From a virus, in the IMG/VR virus record IMGVR_UViG_3300045988_076196, positions 32,242 to 96,241 of that record: a stretch of DNA of 64,000 bases, one strand, 5' to 3'. The notes under the pieces are model-generated. The model searched no databases. It worked only from the letters and a program-made list of their open reading frames with translations, and was not told where the DNA came from. Shown here one piece after another: positions 1-8,433 of the stretch (the stretch's first letter is position 1; each line of letters begins with the position of its first letter). The position numbers and the translations under genes are program-made.

Positions 1-12
1 ATTAACACATCC

Positions 13-143
13 ATCTGCATATACATTTACATATTCATATGCAGATATATCTACATCATCATGCACATAAATGATGTAGATGCCAGTACACATGATATAG
101 ATAGATATATTTATAGATAATACGCGCCTTTATGTCTATAAAT
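13..143. repeat. three consecutive ~10-bp inverted repeats (hairpin-capable)
   Basis: atctgcatat 13-22 / atatgcagat 37-46; atctacatcat 49-59 / atgatgtagat 71-81; atttatagat 109-118 / gtctataaat 134-143 (one G-T pair). Confidence 0.85.
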
Positions 144-202
144 ATAAACATTGCTTTCATGCACATATCACGATTTATATTAGCATCAAAGCCAACATCA
201 TT

Positions 203-276
203 CACATTTTTCATATGAATATTCGCTCACATATCACATTTTTCGTGGGAGATTCGTGTACATTCACACATTTTTC
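203..276. repeat. three direct repeats cacatttttc phased at exactly 32 bp (iteron-like)
   Basis: cacatttttc at 203-212, 235-244 and 267-276; no credible ORF covers them. Confidence 0.8.
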
Positions 277-932
277 CATCGTAAAATAATGTGTGATTGT
301 TAGTTGGCGGCTTGGCTATATGATATAAGGCGCGCAATCTGTGAGCGCAGATTTCACCATAGCCATATCACGCCACCTGTGCCGATTTGAGCCAAGTTTA
401 TATCCACCTTAAGCAAGATATGCCAACAGCCGATTCAAACCGCCACGAGCCAGCAAAGCCGCCATATCCGTTTGTGCCGCGCGACCCTATTATATATATG
501 CACATATTTGCCCGGGAAAATGATGATACTGTAATCCGCACACGCACACATGAGAAAATCAAGCTCGATTTTTTTCGCGCCAAGTCAGTATATGTACTGT
601 ATATTGCTGGGAAAAATATAAAAATTGTAAGGTGCGATTGTGCTTATGCCCGCTCGACACATCGATTTTTCACTTCATTTGAGCAAAGCATGGTGGGAAA
701 ATGTGGTAGTTAAAGCTGTCTAACCGTATCTGTAAAAAATGGAAATGGCCTGAAAAGTTAGAATTTGTGCAGATTGCACAATGTAAGCCCGTTTCGGTTG
801 TGCATATTATATAATGTCAGTCTAGCAGCCCTGACGGCTTTATGCGGCGCAAACTATACCGGGGATATAGGAACATAGGAAAGTAAAAAGCCCGTAGCGG
901 TCAAACTACAGGCTTTAGGGTTGCTATTCGGT

Positions 933-1244
933 TCATGGCAGCAAATCATATCTATCATATCGAGCCGACACAATCACATCATCATGCACGTCCTGAGTTC
1001 CCATATCGCAGAAAATACAAGTGATATCGTCCCCGGTCTCATAGTCTCCCGCGTCTGTATCAAACGCATAGACCATACCACCCGAAGTCTGAATGGAAAC
1101 GCGCTCCGTGTCTTGGTCTACTGTTTCAATCGCAATACAACGGCTTGCGTCTGCATAGATTCCATATTTTAGGATATTAACATTCTTTTCTTTAGTGGAA
1201 AACAGTGCAGAAATTAACATTGCAATAGTGATAATGGCTTTCAT
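933..1244 (-). CDS. small exported or membrane-anchored protein, function unknown
   Basis: 103-aa ORF; GGAGT RBS upstream of the ATG; N-terminus MKAIITIAMLISALFS looks like a signal peptide. Confidence 0.5.
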   Translation of the reverse strand: MKAIITIAMLISALFSTKEKNVNILKYGIYADASRCIAIETVDQDTERVSIQTSGGMVYAFDTDAGDYETGDDITCIFCDMGTQDVHDDVIVSARYDRYDLLP

Positions 1245-1351
1245 TTTATGTTACTCCTTCCATTTCTCAGCTGCTCAGCGCCTTTCTACGGGCTTTTCAG
1301 CGCGTCCGGCTATGTTTACTTGTCTTTTTTGTTTGCGGCGTGGCGGGCTTG

Positions 1352-1666
1352 CTATGCCGTCTCACCCGGCCAGAGTTCGCCTTTTACGTCATGCCATGAA
1401 ATAAACACGTCGTTTATATCTTCCGTCCTAAAATAACGCGCGGGCGTTGTCTCCGTGCCGTCCGGCATGATAACAGATTTATTGCTATACTTCCCCCAGC
1501 TATCCGCCATTGCTTCGCGTTCCGTTTTATATACACGGTTCACAATAATAGATTTGTGATATATATATGTCAAATTGTCCGACATCACGCGCGGCGTTCC
1601 GTGTTTTTCTTCGTCATATGCGCAAATATAGCGCCGCCCGTTCTCATACTTTCCATAAAATAACAT
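1352..1666 (-). CDS. hypothetical protein
   Basis: 104-aa ORF preceded by aaggaggattttaca-ATG. Confidence 0.5.
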   Translation of the reverse strand: MLFYGKYENGRRYICAYDEEKHGTPRVMSDNLTYIYHKSIIVNRVYKTEREAMADSWGKYSNKSVIMPDGTETTPARYFRTEDINDVFISWHDVKGELWPGETA

Positions 1667-1681
1667 TGTAAAATCCTCCTT

Positions 1682-1912
1682 TTATTTATAATTTTTTACA
1701 ATAAAATCCATTGCTTCTTCTTCTTCTTCAGCGTCAAATGTCTTTACCTTATTTTTCCAGTTTTTACAAGTGTATGGATTTCCCGCCCATGCGACATAAT
1801 AAGTTTGTTTAACACCTCTGCAATGCTTTTCCAAGATCCCGATATAACCGCCTTTTGCATGAATATAATACGTATCAAAATAAGAGTTTCCTTGTCTATA
1901 AATCTTTTCCAT
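1682..1912 (-). CDS. hypothetical protein
   Basis: 76-aa ORF preceded by agggaggattttacc-ATG. Confidence 0.5.
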   Translation of the reverse strand: MEKIYRQGNSYFDTYYIHAKGGYIGILEKHCRGVKQTYYVAWAGNPYTCKNWKNKVKTFDAEEEEEAMDFIVKNYK

Positions 1913-1928
1913 GGTAAAATCCTCCCTT

Positions 1929-2138
1929 TCAAATTTTACAATTTTTAACAGATTGAACCCGGCTTGCCACCTTGTAAAAAAGTGGTAGAATCTCGACGGG
2001 TGCAGGCTTGTTTTTTGACGCTGGCAATAATTTACAAATTTTCAGATAGTCGCTATCACTGTCAATATGGTAGTTTATGGAATCTGCCACTTTCTGAAGT
2101 TGGTAAAGTTTGGAATCCCAATATTTTACAGTGTGCAT
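1929..2138 (-). CDS. hypothetical protein
   Basis: ORF track starts at GTG 2153; ATG at 2138 sits 6 nt after GGGAGGG, so it is preferred. Confidence 0.45.
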   Translation of the reverse strand: MHTVKYWDSKLYQLQKVADSINYHIDSDSDYLKICKLLPASKNKPAPVEILPLFYKVASRVQSVKNCKI

Positions 2139-2168
2139 TCCATGCCCTCCCACGTCAATTTACTATCA

Positions 2169-2360
2169 TTATTTTCCACCCATGCGAAAGCCACGGGGAG
2201 CGCTCCGTTTGTAAATTTCTGGAGCATGCCAGCCCTGCCAGTTGTCCCAATATTCCATATTTTTCCGAGCAAGGCGTTTTGCTCCGGTCAGTGTCGGAGT
2301 AAATCCATAACAATATGACGCATACTGGCCGCCAATAATTGCAAAATTATTCTTTTTCAT
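2169..2360 (-). CDS. hypothetical protein
   Basis: 63-aa ORF preceded by tgggaggtaaaaatt-ATG. Confidence 0.5.
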   Translation of the reverse strand: MKKNNFAIIGGQYASYCYGFTPTLTGAKRLARKNMEYWDNWQGWHAPEIYKRSAPRGFRMGGK

Positions 2361-2376
2361 AATTTTTACCTCCCAT

Positions 2377-2496
2377 TCAATTTACAATTTTTTCTATCAG
2401 ATACGGAATCCAAAACAAGCTAGAAATTGCTACCAGACCGCCTAAAAACTGGAACGCCCAATATATAGGATTCAAACGGCGATTTTTCTTTTTCAT
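2377..2496 (-). CDS. 39-aa membrane peptide (below the ORF-track cutoff)
   Basis: MKKKNRRLNPIYWAFQFLGGLVAISSLFWIPYLIEKIVN; AGGGG RBS; fills the gap between flanking same-strand genes. Confidence 0.35.
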   Translation of the reverse strand: MKKKNRRLNPIYWAFQFLGGLVAISSLFWIPYLIEKIVN

Positions 2497-2511
2497 AGTT
2501 TGCGCCCCTTT

Positions 2512-2691
2512 TCAATATGCAATTTCATTCGCTGAAATGATACGAACATACGCTTTTCCAGCGCTTGCATCTGCAAATATTTTAGCAAGTTGGCAGGCCG
2601 TTTCATAGTCGCAATCTAGCCACTGTTCGCCCATATCCCCGCGCCCCGTTTCTTTTTCGTTTACCCACGTCAACAAATAAGTAACTTTCAT
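2512..2691 (-). CDS. 59-aa hypothetical protein (below the ORF-track cutoff)
   Basis: MKVTYLLTWVNEKETGRGDMGEQWLDCDYETACQ...; aagaggtttacaatt-ATG. Confidence 0.35.
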   Translation of the reverse strand: MKVTYLLTWVNEKETGRGDMGEQWLDCDYETACQLAKIFADASAGKAYVRIISANEIAY

Positions 2692-2775
2692 AATTGTAAA
2701 CCTCTTTTCATGTTTTTTTTGTTCATGGAATAGGGCTTTTTTAGCGGAAACCCTTTGGAAACCGCGCGGAAATGT

Positions 2776-3114
2776 TCAGCGTTCCATTTCCATATATTCT
2801 GCAATAATACTTTCAAGTTCGTCGCAGGCGTCCCAGTCAAGCGGATATTCTTCCCGGTCTCCGCCCCATGCGCAAACTACCGCGTGAAGTTCCGTATCAA
2901 CATAGCAAGTCGGGCCGCCAAGCGTGACATATAGCCGAATGGCTTTAATCGTTTTTGTACTGGTTAAAACAACCTCAAAATCAAGCGCGTCTGCTACATA
3001 GTCGTATAGACTCATTTTTTCTCTATCATCATTTTCTTCTTCCGTCGTGCCGTTGTAAATGGCTTCAATCTCTTCTGCTACGCACTGCGCGTATTCTCTG
3101 CATTCTTTTTTCAT
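2776..3114 (-). CDS. acidic small protein, function unknown
   Basis: 112-aa ORF; ttaggaggaataaaaa-ATG; D/E-rich. Confidence 0.55.
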   Translation of the reverse strand: MKKECREYAQCVAEEIEAIYNGTTEEENDDREKMSLYDYVADALDFEVVLTSTKTIKAIRLYVTLGGPTCYVDTELHAVVCAWGGDREEYPLDWDACDELESIIAEYMEMER

Positions 3115-3156
3115 TTTTTATTCCTCCTAAAAAATGTTTTTTTTGTTTGTGTCTTA

Positions 3157-3185
3157 AGTATAACCGATATTTTTTATAATGTCAA
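3157..3185 (-). promoter_or_regulatory. sigmaA-type promoter for the leftward cluster 3114->933
   Basis: minus strand reads TTGACA-17 nt-TATACT about 40 nt upstream of the RBS of 2776..3114. Confidence 0.45.
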
Positions 3186-3421
3186 TCGGCATATTACACA
3201 AATTTTAATTTGTTGTTTTGTTTATTTTTTTATAGCTCGGCGGGATTGCTCCCGCCTTGCTAGTTACTGTCTATCAATCCATTCTCTCGCGGCTTTCTCC
3301 GTTTCCGCCTTGATCACGATTTTGCCGCTTGCGTCCCGGATATAATAGACGTTTTCGGATTCTTGGATCAAAAATCCTTTGTACTGTTCTTCCGTGGTGT
3401 TCACCTCCCTTGCATGGTTAT

Positions 3422-3450
3422 ATGATAACGCAGAGTCCCGGAAAAGTCAA
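3422..3450 (-). promoter_or_regulatory. second leftward sigmaA-type promoter
   Basis: minus strand reads TTGACT-17 nt-TATCAT. Confidence 0.35.
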
Positions 3451-4545
3451 CCCGTCTAGTATAAAAATATTGCACAAATAAACGCGGCTGATTTTATACA
3501 AATTGACGAAACGGATATTATATATATTATAGTATATAATAGCTGGACAACGGCAAAAAGTCTATAATGCCACTGTGAGGCCGTACAAGCCATGTAGCGC
3601 CGTTTTTATGTCAAGACGTGCAATCATACGGCAAATAAAAGTATTCCGTTATACTCTTTTTATACAGTTTCAATATTCACTGTTTTAATAGTAAATAGCT
3701 ATGATATACGCTTGAAAAGTTAGAATATACGATATTCTATTGATTATTGTATAGTTATTCTATGTATATACTGTATAAATATTCTTACTGTATATTGTTA
3801 GGAATGATTCCTATTATTATATGTTTTTATCGATAGATTGTATCGGTATAATTAGCTATATAGTGTACTGATTAGAATAGTTACAATATTATTATAAGTA
3901 GTTACATAGTAGTAACAGTATTTGAATATCGATAGAATTGTATTGAATGAGAGAATATGGAAGATTGTAAAGATATGGGAAATGGTAGTAAATGCGGTTT
4001 ATTGGTATGGTAAATAGTGTTTACCAAAATGCGCATAATATGTAACGCGCGTTATATAACAGTCGTTATATATCAATTGATTTTATCGTAGTAGTTACTT
4101 CGATTTTTTGAAGCATGGCCCGAAAACGGGCTATAAATGTTACAAAATTGTTACAAAATTCAAATATCGGTGGAAAAGTGCTATTTTCAGGTGTTTTTGC
4201 TACTGACAGCATTTTCCATACCGGGGGCTAGGATATGGATGAAAATGGTAGAAATGGAAGAAACTGGCATTTAGCACAACAAATCACAGACCTTGTAATG
4301 CCTTATACATTTCAACAATATATACACCTCATAATATCTCACATATATAATTAGCAGCAAACCACATAATTATCAATCCATTTTAACTCAAAGCCAGTAT
4401 ATTAACTTTCTCAAAGTTAAATAACAAAATCAAAGTTATAATAATTTACAATTTGTTAACAAATAGCAAATCAGAATGTAGTATAATTAGATAATGAGAA
4501 TATGGCGATGTTGAAAATTGTCATATTTTATATAGGCAAAAGAGA

Positions 4546-4573
4546 CTTGTACTTTCCGTGAATGTAATATAAT
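4546..4573 (+). promoter_or_regulatory. possible promoter of gene 4673..5713
   Basis: perfect TATAAT at 4568-4573, with cttgta/ttgtac 15-16 nt upstream (weak -35). Confidence 0.3.
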
Positions 4574-4598
4574 ACGTTAGTATTATCTAAGTGTCACG

Positions 4599-4632
4599 CA
4601 AAGTACAACTGAACGACCCTCAAAGTACAACT
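4599..4632 (+). promoter_or_regulatory. 12-nt direct repeat caaagtacaact x2 (candidate operator in the 5' UTR)
   Basis: copies at 4599-4610 and 4621-4632, 22 nt start to start, 40-70 nt upstream of the ATG at 4673. Confidence 0.5.
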
Positions 4633-4672
4633 CTGTAACCATTTTGCAACTATTTAGAAAAGGAGAAAAAAC

Positions 4673-5713
4673 ATGCCAAATAAACCAAAATATATGCCGT
4701 CCAATGAAGATGGCAAACTAATCAAAGCGCTGATTAGTATAGAAGGACGCGAATTGAAATATCCAGAAATATGCAAAGCGCTCGATATCCCAACCAAAAG
4801 CGGCAACACCAAAATATCTCAGCTAGACAAAATTCGCAACTACTGTCAATTAGATACAGTAGATAATGTCTACCCAACTCGCTATATCGTTCAAGAGGTC
4901 TATCCTGAAGCAGACGCACTTATCAACGAGCTAGACAAAGATTCATATCAAGCCGCATTTGAGGCCGCCCTTTATCAAATATTCTTAAAGACAAATTGCG
5001 CCACCATATATGCGTCAACTAGCAACTTACTCAGAATGTTCCAAGAGGTCAATGATAATTTCAGCTATACATATAGTCAAGCTGTAGAAAATTCAGAGCA
5101 TTATGGATATATGAGCTTAGTCAACGGAATTGTATATAACATCCTAGCTCAATGGACAAGGCGCAAATTGCTTATCATGAAGAACCGCTACGTCATTGAT
5201 CTAAATAGGGGTTATCGGCTCTATAAGCAACGGTTTAATCCAGAAGGAAAAGAAACATGGCTCGAAGCTTATGATGTGCCAGAAGATAGCGCAGATCATC
5301 AGACCTGCCTATCTATCTATTCTAAAGCCATCAACGAGATAATGCCGCCAAATTGGGGCAAGGTTATAGATAATAGAGTCTATAAGCCATATGTATCAAC
5401 AGAGACATATAAAGCATTTGAAGCGCGACTTGCCCAATTAACCCAAGAGGCATTTGGCGGCGAATATGTTAAAGTCAAAGAGGTCTATATCATTAAGCCA
5501 GCCACAAAAGAATGGATTGCTAATCGGCTCTTAGATGTCTATGAGCATTATCCCAGCTTTGAGAAAATCAATAAAGAGGCTTGCACCAAGATTATTCAGA
5601 CCAGCCAGCTTAGTTGTATTACAGGCAAACAGCGGCGCGAATTTGTTGACATCAATATGAGCAACAAGCAGAGCGACAGGCTCAAGGATTTGGTTACTAG
5701 TGAAAAGCAATAA
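4673..5713 (+). CDS. hypothetical 346-aa protein; possibly a DNA-binding or replication/regulatory protein
   Basis: aaaaggag RBS; isolated transcription unit next to a 1.2-kb AT-rich repeat region; followed by a strong terminator; no motif recognised. Confidence 0.6.
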   Translation: MPNKPKYMPSNEDGKLIKALISIEGRELKYPEICKALDIPTKSGNTKISQLDKIRNYCQLDTVDNVYPTRYIVQEVYPEADALINELDKDSYQAAFEAALYQIFLKTNCATIYASTSNLLRMFQEVNDNFSYTYSQAVENSEHYGYMSLVNGIVYNILAQWTRRKLLIMKNRYVIDLNRGYRLYKQRFNPEGKETWLEAYDVPEDSADHQTCLSIYSKAINEIMPPNWGKVIDNRVYKPYVSTETYKAFEARLAQLTQEAFGGEYVKVKEVYIIKPATKEWIANRLLDVYEHYPSFEKINKEACTKIIQTSQLSCITGKQRREFVDINMSNKQSDRLKDLVTSEKQ

Positions 5714-5714
5714 A

Positions 5715-5764
5715 AAATCTGCCCCAATTTATTCCCTAAATATATAGGGTATTGGGGCAGATTT
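5715..5764. terminator. bidirectional rho-independent terminator
   Basis: 14-bp stem aaatctgccccaat / attggggcagattt with an inner cccta/taggg stem; A-run before and T-rich after; lies between convergent genes. Confidence 0.65.
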
Positions 5765-5768
5765 CTAT

Positions 5769-6071
5769 TTATTCTATTGCATTCCAAGTTGAATTTTCAT
5801 TATTATAAATGGCTGGTGGGTCGCCTGTGGTCACATATGTTAATCCATCATACTCATATTTTTGACCAGTACAAAATTCGGTGCTTCTCCAGTTTGTTGC
5901 ATACTGCTTATATTTACAACTCATCTCAATATCTAAGTATTGAGTCCATGCGCCTTTATAAAATTCTGCTAATTGTTTTTCTCTATCCTGCGCTTCTTCT
6001 TTGTATTTGCAGATATCACAATTCGAGCAACTATCACATACTGATACAACAACTTTATCATTTAGTGACAT
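5769..6071 (-). CDS. Cys-rich hypothetical protein
   Basis: ORF track starts at 6089; ATG 6071 follows GAGGATGG by 8 nt; CDSCSNCDIC motif. Confidence 0.5.
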   Translation of the reverse strand: MSLNDKVVVSVCDSCSNCDICKYKEEAQDREKQLAEFYKGAWTQYLDIEMSCKYKQYATNWRSTEFCTGQKYEYDGLTYVTTGDPPAIYNNENSTWNAIE

Positions 6072-6321
6072 ATAATGTACCATCCTCATTTAATCTTGGC
6101 GTGATAGCAGCGCCTCTAGGACGAGCATATGCTTCACCACCCACGACAATATAATTAACACCTGTTTCTTCATCTACTACTGTCAGCACATCATATAAGC
6201 CATTGGTGTTCTCAGCCCAAATCTTGACTGGACGATTCTGTTCTGCACCAACCATCGTAATGCTGCAAGCACCAAGAACGATACATAAAACCATACAAGC
6301 GATAATTGCAATTCGTTTCAT
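6058..6321 (-). CDS. putative lipoprotein
   Basis: MKRIAIIACMVLCIVLGAC has a signal peptide plus an LGAC lipobox; aaaggag RBS. Confidence 0.6.
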   Translation of the reverse strand: MKRIAIIACMVLCIVLGACSITMVGAEQNRPVKIWAENTNGLYDVLTVVDEETGVNYIVVGGEAYARPRGAAITPRLNEDGTLYVTK

Positions 6322-6588
6322 CTATTCTTTCTCCTTTCGCTTCTCAATCACTTTCTTTACTTTATCCTTACATTCATCAGGCACTCTATATTCATCTGCA
6401 AAGCCGCCCATTTCCATTAGATTATCTGGCTCGTCTCTGAACATCCTGAGAAAAGCCATATAATCCTTTCCGGTTGTTAGCTTATATGCTTTCATTTGTT
6501 GTTCACGACGCTCCAACCAATCCACTATATCACGCAACGCTTTACGATATGCTTTGATGTATTGCAGTGGGATTTCATCAGTATTCAT
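6322..6588 (-). CDS. hypothetical protein
   Basis: 88-aa ORF; ATGA start/stop overlap with the upstream gene. Confidence 0.55.
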   Translation of the reverse strand: MNTDEIPLQYIKAYRKALRDIVDWLERREQQMKAYKLTTGKDYMAFLRMFRDEPDNLMEMGGFADEYRVPDECKDKVKKVIEKRKEKE

Positions 6589-6929
6589 ACTGGTTTCATC
6601 AACATCAATGTTCCGCGCAAAATTCCATTATCCTCATATTCATATTTGATACAATTTCTATCTTTGATACCTTCCATCAAGTCGTTGAAAATATGTGCTT
6701 TAGCCAGTTCTATGCTAACTTGTAGGTCGATATGCCCAATAGAATCAACACAATATTGTGATCTAATCATTTCAACAGGTCTTGTTATTTTAATAAGAGT
6801 TCGCTTATATTCATTACATTTGATACATGGCGCGACATAACCGCCCAGTTTTCTAATCATCCAACGTTTGAATTTAGTCCACATTTTTCTATACTCTATA
6901 GTTACAAAATCCACTTGGTTTAGGGTCAT
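6585..6929 (-). CDS. hypothetical protein (alternative start ATG 6884)
   Basis: 114-aa ORF; the 6929 start would overlap the upstream frame 6889..7128 by 41 nt; MWTKFKRW at 6884 begins 4 nt after that frame's stop. Confidence 0.5.
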   Translation of the reverse strand: MTLNQVDFVTIEYRKMWTKFKRWMIRKLGGYVAPCIKCNEYKRTLIKITRPVEMIRSQYCVDSIGHIDLQVSIELAKAHIFNDLMEGIKDRNCIKYEYEDNGILRGTLMLMKPV

Positions 6930-7128
6930 CTAGTCCAAATCTATTAGAACAATACGGTACGTTTTCATCGTTCATCCCAAAATATTCACAATCCTTACAC
7001 CTAACAACTGGAACAGCGTCAACGGTCGAGCAATTTCACAGAAAGTTGAGGATGCTGTGTCGTTCTTTTGCATCAAGAATGTGTTCGGACACCCACTTGG
7101 CTTCTTCGTCAGCATCAATCAGCCGCAT
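6889..7128 (-). CDS. small conserved-looking phage protein with one in-frame TGA (codon 31)
   Basis: MRLIDADEEAKWVSEHILDAKERHSILNFL-TGA-NCSTVDAVPVVRCKDCEYFGMNDENVPYCSNRFGLDDPKPSGFCNYRV; the ATG overlaps the Lar stop (ATGCGGCTGA). Confidence 0.45.
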
Positions 7129-7322
7129 TTATCAACTCCCCTATTCCATGCTTCGACCGCTTCAAGATATGCGTTCACGTTCCATGCCGTTTTCAGCGAA
7201 ACGGATGTCCCGCATTTTCTACATTTTACTTTAAGTAGCATAATTTTCTTGCCGAAATTACATGAACCTCCTATTTCGTCTACCTCCCCACCGCAAAACG
7301 GGCATGGTTTTAATTTAGCCAT
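7119..7322 (-). CDS. lar: Lar-family restriction alleviation protein
   Basis: MAKLKPCPFCGG ... CRKCG ... AVEAWNRG, the typical Lar zinc-ribbon pattern. Confidence 0.7.
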   Translation of the reverse strand: MAKLKPCPFCGGEVDEIGGSCNFGKKIMLLKVKCRKCGTSVSLKTAWNVNAYLEAVEAWNRGVDKCG

Positions 7323-7338
7323 TCGTCAATCAATCCTT

Positions 7339-8016
7339 TCAGCAATCAAACTCAAATACGATGCGCACATCATCTTCTGTGCCGCCATCTGGAATAAGCT
7401 GTCTCAGCCCTTCCATCGTTTCATCATAGAACCAAGACGCGCATTCTCTATATGTAATTGGCGCAAAATAGCAAGCGGTATAATATTCCTTTGATTCGTC
7501 TCTTGGGTATTCACCATTGATTAAATCAACCATTTCTGGCTCGGTTAATTTGACAATGTTGCGTCCCCATATATCACCACTATAAGAATTTGGTTGCTTT
7601 CCTTTCATAATATAATCACGGTATGTGGCTTCGTCAACATAACCGTATTTTCTGTGCAACTGCTCCCAATCATATTCGTGCAACTCTCTCAGTGTAAGCC
7701 AAGAGCCATAACCATATTCATCGCTAAACAACACGTCATTTTTAGACATATCATCAGGATAACCCTTTAACTTCGAGATCGGCTTGAACCGTTCACCGGT
7801 TCTACATCCAGCAAATCCTTCTCCATTTCTAACTCCTGCCAAAATAGCAAACAAGTTATAATTTCTACTATCATCAGGTTTACTCATATATTCTTCTGTT
7901 GCCCATTTCTTATCTGAAGCTGGGTTATAATATGGATTCTTAAAGACTTTGAAAGTTGATAGCTCCCATGCACCATTACGCCGCACCTCGGCAATCATAT
8001 TAATATCTGTTCCCAT
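7339..8016 (-). CDS. hypothetical 225-aa protein
   Basis: long ORF in an operon; no motif recognised. Confidence 0.6.
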   Translation of the reverse strand: MGTDINMIAEVRRNGAWELSTFKVFKNPYYNPASDKKWATEEYMSKPDDSRNYNLFAILAGVRNGEGFAGCRTGERFKPISKLKGYPDDMSKNDVLFSDEYGYGSWLTLRELHEYDWEQLHRKYGYVDEATYRDYIMKGKQPNSYSGDIWGRNIVKLTEPEMVDLINGEYPRDESKEYYTACYFAPITYRECASWFYDETMEGLRQLIPDGGTEDDVRIVFEFDC

Positions 8017-8433
8017 TTAATCAATCCTTTCTTCAGCAATTCCATCAGCCGTACTATAACAAATATGCTTAATTCCCAATTCTTTTATATATTTCATACA
8101 AGCAGGACATGGACGCGCCATTGCTTTATTACCATTTGCATATTCACGATATACATATAGCGTCGATTTGCTAAAATCAATATCCAGATATTTTACTTTG
8201 TTCAATGCCCTGATTTCAGCATGAAGCGAATTTACCACGCCACTTTGATTTGGATCAAATTCACGCTCTGCATTAAGCCGCTTCTGCAACGGGCTTGTTT
8301 TGGTACTATTGCATCCAGTAGCAAGCAATATGCCCTTATAATACAGAGCTGCGCCAAGGTGGTATCTTGGAAATTCAGATTCTTTGCTTGCTCTACAAGC
8401 TGATTCAATGCCGCGCTTAGTTCTCTGGTTCAT
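8017..8433 (-). CDS. dCMP (deoxycytidylate) deaminase
   Basis: zinc motifs HAEIRAL and PCPACMKYI. Confidence 0.85.
   Translation of the reverse strand: MNQRTKRGIESACRASKESEFPRYHLGAALYYKGILLATGCNSTKTSPLQKRLNAEREFDPNQSGVVNSLHAEIRALNKVKYLDIDFSKSTLYVYREYANGNKAMARPCPACMKYIKELGIKHICYSTADGIAEERID

Noticed and set aside
387-713. 108-aa ORF in the left-end non-coding block
   Set aside because: It has a TTG start with no RBS. Its composition is odd and not protein-like, it lies within a repeat- and hairpin-rich region, and an antisense ORF overlaps it. This is most likely a chance ORF.
3239-3256. GC hairpin ggcggga-ttgc-tcccgcc as a rho-independent terminator
   Set aside because: The T-run lies upstream of the hairpin on the plus strand, which is an A-run downstream on the minus strand. 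Neither orientation gives a hairpin followed by a U-tract.
7036-7038. Selenocysteine at the internal TGA (U-N-C context)
   Set aside because: I could not fold a convincing SECIS-like hairpin in the 40 nt downstream. I kept this only as a minor alternative in the finding.
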